NCBI GenBank assembly: GCA_000934665.2
Contig: KZ538874.1
Coordinates: 1 to 43,230 of the forward strand
Reading direction: 5' to 3'
DNA: 43,230 nt
From: Catajapyx aquilonaris
Lineage: Eukaryota
This document shows positions 35,475 through 43,230 of the stretch, one piece after another. The first letter of the stretch is position 1. The number at the start of each line of letters is the position of its first letter. Below the pieces are notes generated by a model. The model was not told where the DNA came from. It was given only the letters and a program-made list of their open reading frames with translations, and made no database searches. Made by a program: the position numbers and the translations under genes.

Positions 35475-38013
35475 ATGAACAAGCTGGACGTGAGCCTTGG
35501 GTACAGCTACCATGTGCCCAGGGCCGGTTGGATGCTCAGGGCTAGAAATGTGCTGTCCCAGTTCAGCGACGTGTTCAGCGAGTTCAGCAAGTACATTGCA
35601 CCTGCGTACCATCACGACAGATGCGAACGGTAACTATAATAGGGCACTTGAATATACGTAAAGCACAGGTTGTGCTGGTTCATATATCGTGTACGTAGAG
35701 TCCGGCAGAGTCCGGCAGGACAGTATGAGGTTGTTTACTTTATCAGCACATGTTGGTTTGGTAACACATCTGCTCTGTTTAGTATAACTATATGCAAAAG
35801 TGTGTGTATTATGCCGCAATTGCAAAACAGCGCAGCTTGTCGTGCCGTGGGAGCGACCGCTTGCGACCCCAATTCTCTAAGGTATATTGTAACCAATCGC
35901 ACGGTAACAACAGGTACATGCAAATGTTTACAGTGCTTTTAAATGTTTTTAGTGAAACCGGAACATCTCTAATTTCAGGTCCGTGCAGATGCGTCTGTAC
36001 ACAATGCACAAGAGGGAGTTTGTGATGGCGTTTCTGGCGTTCTTTGCAAGCTTCGGACTGGCTGTGTTTATCGGATTGGCTGGACCGCCTGTTACGAGCT
36101 CGAGCGACCAGCTGGCGTCTCAGCTGGAAGTGAAGCCAAACGCGTCTCAAATGGCGACCGGTCCTTTTATTATGAAGACGCCCACACTCACCACGTACCA
36201 TCAACAGCTGTGGGTTATAGCCAATATTCATACAGAAAACAAAGACGGTATGATTCTGCCTAAGGATTTGTTAAACTTTTTTATTTACAATAGCGGGTCC
36301 CAATTTGCTGTATTTGCAGATGAGATGTTTGACAAGCCTTTCCAAGTGAGCGTCATGATTGAGGGAGTTTCTCGTGATCAGAAGTCCATGACGGTGCTGC
36401 CTGGTGACGAAGCACATAACCGGACACGTCATCTCCACTGCACCCAGCAGCATTGCCAGGATCTGACCATCCTGCATCTGGGCTTCCTCGACTTCTCTCA
36501 CTATGTCCTCACCATTAACTTCTACAGCCTGGAAGGAATTCATCAGAAGTACACCATCAAAGACATCAACTTCTGTGTAAGAAACTAATATTTTTTGCAG
36601 CATGTGGTTGAGTAATTGATTGCGTTTTTTCTGCTTGCAGTTCAAGAGTTACAATCCTTCGTTTACACAGATTGAAATCTGGTTTCGGTTCATCTTTCTT
36701 GTGATGACTTTTGCAGTGACGGTGAGTCGTATTTAAGGCATTGCAAATGGCAAGGCTTTTCCAGCTTTTTTAGTAGCCTGCTTAAATTTCACTGGTGGAA
36801 GTTACTAATTACTAATGCTGTTAGTTTCTCAGCTTGCTAATTAATCCTAACATATCCCCCCCAGTGCTGGTTTGCTCACTCCCTTCGACGCTACTCCCTC
36901 TTCGACTGGTCCATTGAGCAGAAGTGGATGTCAATCCTCCTACCCCTTCTTCTCCTTTACAATGGTAAAACCATCATTAACCACATAAAATGCAGTGTTT
37001 GTCATTGCTGATTTTGTTGACTGTTGCAGACCCGGTGTTCCCGATGACGTTCCTGGTGAACTCCTGGATCCCCGGCATGCTGGACGCCTTCTTCCAGGCT
37101 ACAGCACTGTGTGCCCTGCTCATGTTCTGGTTGTGCATATACCATGGGCTCAGGCAGAACGAGCGCTCGGCTATCTTTTACGTCCCCAAGCTGCTGGTTG
37201 TAGGGCTTATCTGGCTCTCGGCAGTCACCATGGCCACCTGGCAGGAGTTCAACGAGCTCAGGGACCCCACTTATAGCTACAAGCTGGACACCGGAAACTT
37301 TTATGTATGTTGGGCATAATTCTGTCAAGCATGCCATGCCGTTATTAATTTTTTTAATAGGTGGATAACCGCATCCTTTTTTTAAACAGGGTTTCAAGGT
37401 TTTCTTTTTCCTGGTCGGTGGTGTCTATGTCCTCTACCTGCTGTATCTTATTATCAAGGCATACAGTGAGCTTCGAATGATGCCATATTTCGGTATGTGA
37501 CGTTGATAAATTGCTGCACATTTTTTTTCTCGGAGTTCAGAGCATTAAAAGTGCGATTGACCCTCATTTTCTTCTGCAGACATGCGCCTTAAGTTCCTGA
37601 CCCTTCTGATGATCATAGTGATCTCAATCAGCATCACCATTACCATCCTCCGCTTTGGTAGCGGCGTCCTTGAAGACAACTTTGTCTCCCAGCTGTCCAC
37701 CAGCTATAAGAACTCTGCAGAGTTCATGTCCTTCTATGGGCTCCTCAACTTCTACCTGTACACCATGGCCTACGTCTACTCCCCATCCAAAAGGGGCATG
37801 TTTGGTGAGTACCAAGAGCACGTAGATTCATTCTGTTTTTCACCAAGTGATGGGGACTAATCGTGCAACTCTTTGCTTTCAGAGTCACCAATTACAAAGG
37901 ATAATCCAGCTTTTTCAATGATAAACGACAGTGATGAAGATGTGATATATGGATCTGAAGACGAGAGTCGACTTCCCCTCAATAGGACAAGGACGGAAGA
38001 TGATAGTGATTAA
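35475..38013 (+). CDS. TMEM181: Transmembrane protein 181 (GPR178; Wntless-like membrane domain), 9 coding exons
   Basis: Exons 35475-35629, 35979-36247, 36320-36576, 36641-36721, 36865-36964, 37030-37304, 37390-37492, 37580-37804 and 37883-38013, all GT-AG and phase-compatible. Motifs: YIAPAYHHDRCERSVQMRLYTMHKREF, YNPSFTQIEIWFRFIF, DWSIEQKWMSILLPLLLLYNDP, SAEFMSFYGLLNFYLYTMAYVYSPS, KDNPAFSMINDSDEDVIYG. Confidence 0.94.
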
Positions 38014-39464
38014 TATGTTCTCCAATCAGACTTAAGTTGCACAAGTGCAACCAAACTGACTTTTATATTTGTTTATAAATGTGCATTTATTTATTTCTTC
38101 ATGTACATGTTAAAGGAGGAGGGAGAGAAATAGTGCCTGTGTCGGTATGGGCATTATTAATGTTGTGTTCTATTTACATTATGTTGTGAGACATGTCTAG
38201 TCATCTATATGCCTGGTCAAACTTAATTACTGGTCAGGATGTAATGTGGGAGGGACCTGCATTTCGGTCAGCATCAGTTTTCAGCAAGGAAAAAGTGTGC
38301 AGCTCCCACACATCATAAAAAGGTTCACAATAAGTTATTTATAGTGTCACAAACATGTCATGTTCAGCATGTTTCTGATTTTTTTAAAGTAATAGGGCTG
38401 CACACAAACAGTACTTAAAGCCAGGTCACTAATGAAAACTTGGTTGTTCCCCCATTACATTCTCAGAAAGATGTCTTGAATGACATTTATTGAAAAATAA
38501 ATAATGAGATACAAAATTCTAGAATTTGTATTGGGTAAAGTGACACTTACCACCAAAATAATAATTATTTCAGACAAGGAAATTAGTTTCATTGCACTTC
38601 AGTATTTATACGGTCCGATGTACTGATCCATGATTTGTTATTATGCCGAAGAAAGGAATGGTATATGCAGTCCATAGTCTGCCATAGTCTTCAACTGCTG
38701 GGAATCAACAGTTTTATCCATTGGTCGTAGCTAGGCGCAACATAATAAATTATTTGCTTTCGACCCATAGAAGAAGAAAAAAAAATGTTATTCAAGAAAA
38801 TGTCCGAAAAACCGCGCCGCGAGCTGCACGAGGGCAACAATTTCCGTGACCTTCCACGCCGAACAGGTTGAACCAATTAACGTGTAACTTGACCCAATAT
38901 CATATCTCTATTAATCCTACAAATGTGCCAAATTTCGTCAAAATCGGAGGAGGTAAGGACGTAATGTTTCATATTGATCGCCTCGGCTTGGATTGCGCGG
39001 GTTTGGATTCAAAATGGCGGCCATCTACATCTGCCGGGCCGAATATAGCAGCTTATATAACAGCTATCAGTGTCGGCAGTAGCCGCTTACTGTAGGGTTA
39101 TATTTACCATATTAGCTACAGGCATTATGCCGAACTTGAGAAATGGTTAAAGTGTTGTGAACCGAAGTGATTTCAATTGGAAATGGCCGGTTTCAGCAAC
39201 AGGCATATAATGTTAATGACATTCCCTACTTTTTGGGAACCAACACCCTTTTTCAGGCCATTTCCAATATATAGCTACAGTCTGCTTTATTATTGATTTA
39301 TTTACTGCACTGGGCCTGTTAGCATTTTAGGGTAAGTTCGCTATAAATGTTACACTGATATAAATTGATTCGTGATAATTATCTGAGTCACAGCTCCATT
39401 TTATTGAACATTTTAGAATCAGTTACAAATAGTCCAGTCCACAGTCACACTCCCACCACTACAT

Positions 39465-40660
<1,196 letters not shown>

Positions 40661-41014
40661 TCATAGGATAATAATTTGAATTATTAGAGAGCAACCAGCT
40701 GGTGGCTTTTTGGCCGATCCTTCGTCTTACTTACCGTTCCAAGCACAAAACAAGGGAGACAAATATTGTTCAATCAGCATCAACGGCGTCCATTCTGGAA
40801 TGTTGCGTTCACACTTCACACACTCTCGGGCTGATCGCTGAGGAGGGCTGAGGACACGGTTGCTTACCACTACAGTGCACCTTGAAAAAGATGGCGGATA
40901 GCGAACAATGTAGCGCCGACAGCGCCAAATTCCCAGCCTGGCGATCACACAGAAATTAATCTACCGCATCCATCATAACTAGGGAGGAAGTGACAGGGGG
41001 CTGGAGCGTTGTCC

Positions 41015-41039
41015 AGAACGTTCTCGAATGTTCTGGAAG
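41015..41039. promoter_or_regulatory. Perfect heat-shock element (five alternating nGAAn units)
   Basis: aGAAc gTTCt cGAAt gTTCt gGAAg, located upstream of RPB10. Confidence 0.6.
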
Positions 41040-41723
41040 CTCTTTTCCGTGCATTATAATTCGTGCCACGGCCTACTGTAACTCTGACACAATCAAGCAG
41101 GTGATGTTATGATCTACCAAATTTTATTACATAATTTGGAATTAACAATTTTCGGTCGACTGCAGCGCTACATCCGCTTTCCGTACTATTAATCCTGATT
41201 ATATAACTACTACAAACCATGCAACAGGCATTTGATCATATTCAGAACCATATTAAAAATACAAACTGATTAAATAAAATAAGAATTAACTGTGGAGATG
41301 TCAAAAGTACACTGTGGATTAAAGGGCTGCGTTCATACACTAAAGGAAGCTCAGTGAGAACTGATTTATTTGACGTCACACCACTTCTGTCTGACCCATG
41401 CCGCTACCCACGAACCTATTGGACCTTGAACAAGATGGGCGTTGTAGCGACCCATGTGACACAGCTTGTACACTACCGCATTCGAGGAGTGTCTTAAAAC
41501 TTGGCCAAGAGGCTAAGCCGGCCACACCCTGAATCTCCCTCTCTGCTCTCTCCCTCTCTCTCTGTCAAGTCTGAAGTCTCAACTCTCAAGGCAGCAAGAA
41601 TCTTCTACTCTCCCATTCTCAAGCCCATTGGTCTCACCCTAGGATTTGGCTTGGGAGCCTTAGTGTACTTAGTAGCAGTTGTTAGTAGTAAGTGTCTATT
41701 TGGAACAGTTCCGTCAGTCGGGG

Positions 41724-42830
41724 TTCAGCATTTAGTCCAGGCAGCGAAGGGAGAATAAATCGTGTGGTTTTGATATTTGGTATAGTTGTGGGGGGTGGGA
41801 GGGTATAGAGGGGAGGTACTTAAAGGTTGTTCTGTGTAAGTTTTTTCTTGAATATCTCAAAACGTACGAGTTCGAGCAAGAGACACTTTATGTACGAAAT
41901 TAAACTACGGTATATTTAATGCCCTACTAAACTGTCCTCTACATGTTTTCTGTAGGATCAATAGTTTAGAAGATAGAGGATGAAAAAGTGCACATTCCAA
42001 AGAAAAAAAGTTGAAAATATTGGTTTTACTTTTTTAAAAAGGAAGTCTTTATTACAACGGTGGCACCGAAGCAGGTTGGCATAGTGGATAAGGCGTCCGA
42101 CTGCTAATCGGGAGGTCCTGGGTTCGAATCCCGGGACCGGCAACTCTGACCGTGGTTTTCTGTGATTTCCCACGGTCCTTCCAGGGAAATTCTGGAGTTG
42201 CTTCCGTAATTAAAAGGCCACAGCCGCTTCCTTCCGTCCCTATCCTATCCCAAAGAGCACAGTAAAATGAAAGCAAAGAGTTCCAGGCAAAACAAACTTC
42301 CCCCCTAAAGAGCTGATGGCTGATAACGGGGTATGAATTATTTAAAAAAAAAATTACAACGGTGGCTATTAACTTCAATATTATACCCATAACACATTAT
42401 ACCTACATAACAGTTTACACAAACCATACTGACACTTGATCGCAATAAAAACTCGTCAGCTTCTTCCACGACTTGATCAAGCAAGTTCGAACTCGTTTTC
42501 CTCTAGAGGTGCACCATTAGTGCAGGTACCACGACAGGTGCCACAAACAGATGAGCACTGAATGCCAGCTTGCTAGCACCCACATCTTCCGCCACACCCA
42601 GTTGTCGTTTCTTGCTATAGAACCCTTACGTTTTGAGATATTCAAGAAAAACCTAAAAGGACAACCTTTAAATCTCCCCTACTACCCCCCTCTACCCCCC
42701 ACCTGCAGGGACTTTTAGTATGTCATTTAGGGCACTCCCCTCCACAACTATGCCAAAGTTCAAAACTAAACGATTTATTTCTTCTTATCAGCGTTTTATT
42801 TGGTCTTCGTTGCCTGGGCTAATTCGTTGG
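41724..42830. mobile_element. Degenerate long inverted-repeat (foldback/MITE-like) element hosting the SINE
   Basis: The left arm (~41724-41866; ...AATAAATCGTGTGGTTTTGATATTTGGTATAGTTGTGG...TTTTTCTTGAATATCTCAAAACGTA) is an imperfect reverse complement of the right arm (~42627-42830; TACGTTTTGAGATATTCAAGAAAAA...CCACAACTATGCCAAAGTTCAAAACTAAACGATTTATT). True termini are not resolved. Confidence 0.65.
42065..42352 (+). mobile_element. Full-length tRNA-derived SINE with A-tail and 14-bp target-site duplication
   Basis: Pol III A box TGGCATAGTGG (42077-42087), anticodon-like arm TCCGA-CTGCTAA-TCGGG, B box GGTTCGAATCC (42121-42131), a non-tRNA body, A-rich tail 42344-42352, and TSD ATTACAACGGTGGC at 42051-42064 and 42353-42366. 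Confidence 0.9.
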
Positions 42831-42954
42831 ATAACCGATACGCTGCTGGTTTTGTGAACAGTGGGGATTTTTAAGCAATGGCTCATCCCTAATAGGATAA
42901 ATTTGATGAGGATTGTGGAAAGTTTGTTAAAAGTTTTGTTAAGTCACTTTGTAA

Positions 42955-43020
42955 ATAATAATAATAATAACAATAATAATAATAATATAAATAAATAAAA
43001 ACAAATAATATAAATAAAAA
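42955..43020. repeat. (TAA)n / (TAAA)n AT-rich simple repeat
   Basis: Read directly from the sequence. Confidence 0.8.
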
Positions 43021-43230
43021 ACAAATTATACAGGGTGATCAAACTTTTTTGTCGTTTTAGTTATTGACAAATTCGGCCTAAGCTGCTTATATTGTAGCCC
43101 GTTCCCTGGCAACCCAGTCCGGCGGGCCAGTTCAAACATCAGCCCATGGAGAGCGCTTCCATTGTTGCCACTGTTTACAAATCGAGTGAGTGATGCGGAC
43201 GACCCAGCGACGGGTCTCTTCTGCCTGCGC

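Noticed and set aside
38700..39280. Possible transposon remnants with nested short inverted repeats (similar case at 10820-11290)
   Set aside because: Termini and TSDs could not be defined from the sequence alone.
40891..41100. Divergent + strand coding exon beginning MADSEQ
   Set aside because: In-frame TAA after 22 codons and no recognisable homology.
42069..42142. Functional tRNA-Ser(GCT) gene
   Set aside because: It lacks the long variable arm of tRNA-Ser, the acceptor stem pairs poorly, and it is followed by a SINE body, A-tail and TSD.

Overview
Eukaryotic, intron-rich animal DNA, most likely arthropod (TTAGG-like microsatellite, arthropod-type TMEM181 N-terminus, invertebrate tRNA-SINE). 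Five spliced or intronless protein-coding genes can be built by hand from GT-AG junctions: (1) the 3' part of a multi-CUB-domain SOL-1-like gene (+, 8504-20788; upstream exons not found in the window); (2) an NADP-type malic enzyme (+, ~23065-32699); (3) an intronless ropporin-1-like gene (+, 33760-34488); (4) TMEM181 (+, 35475-38013); (5) RNA polymerase subunit RPB10/POLR2L (-, 39465-40627). The most striking observation is the malic enzyme locus. Four separate ATG-containing first exons all end in phase 2 at GTAAGT and splice in frame to one common exon. They encode a myristoylation-like, a minimal, a signal-anchor-like and a mitochondrial-presequence-like N-terminus, and the gene also has two duplicated alternative last exons. 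The window also holds a full-length tRNA-derived SINE with a 14-bp TSD, two MITE families, a tiny retroposon 3' end with a 16-bp TSD, a 44-bp minisatellite, and a perfect five-unit heat-shock element upstream of RPB10. Most ORFs in the six-frame track are spurious.
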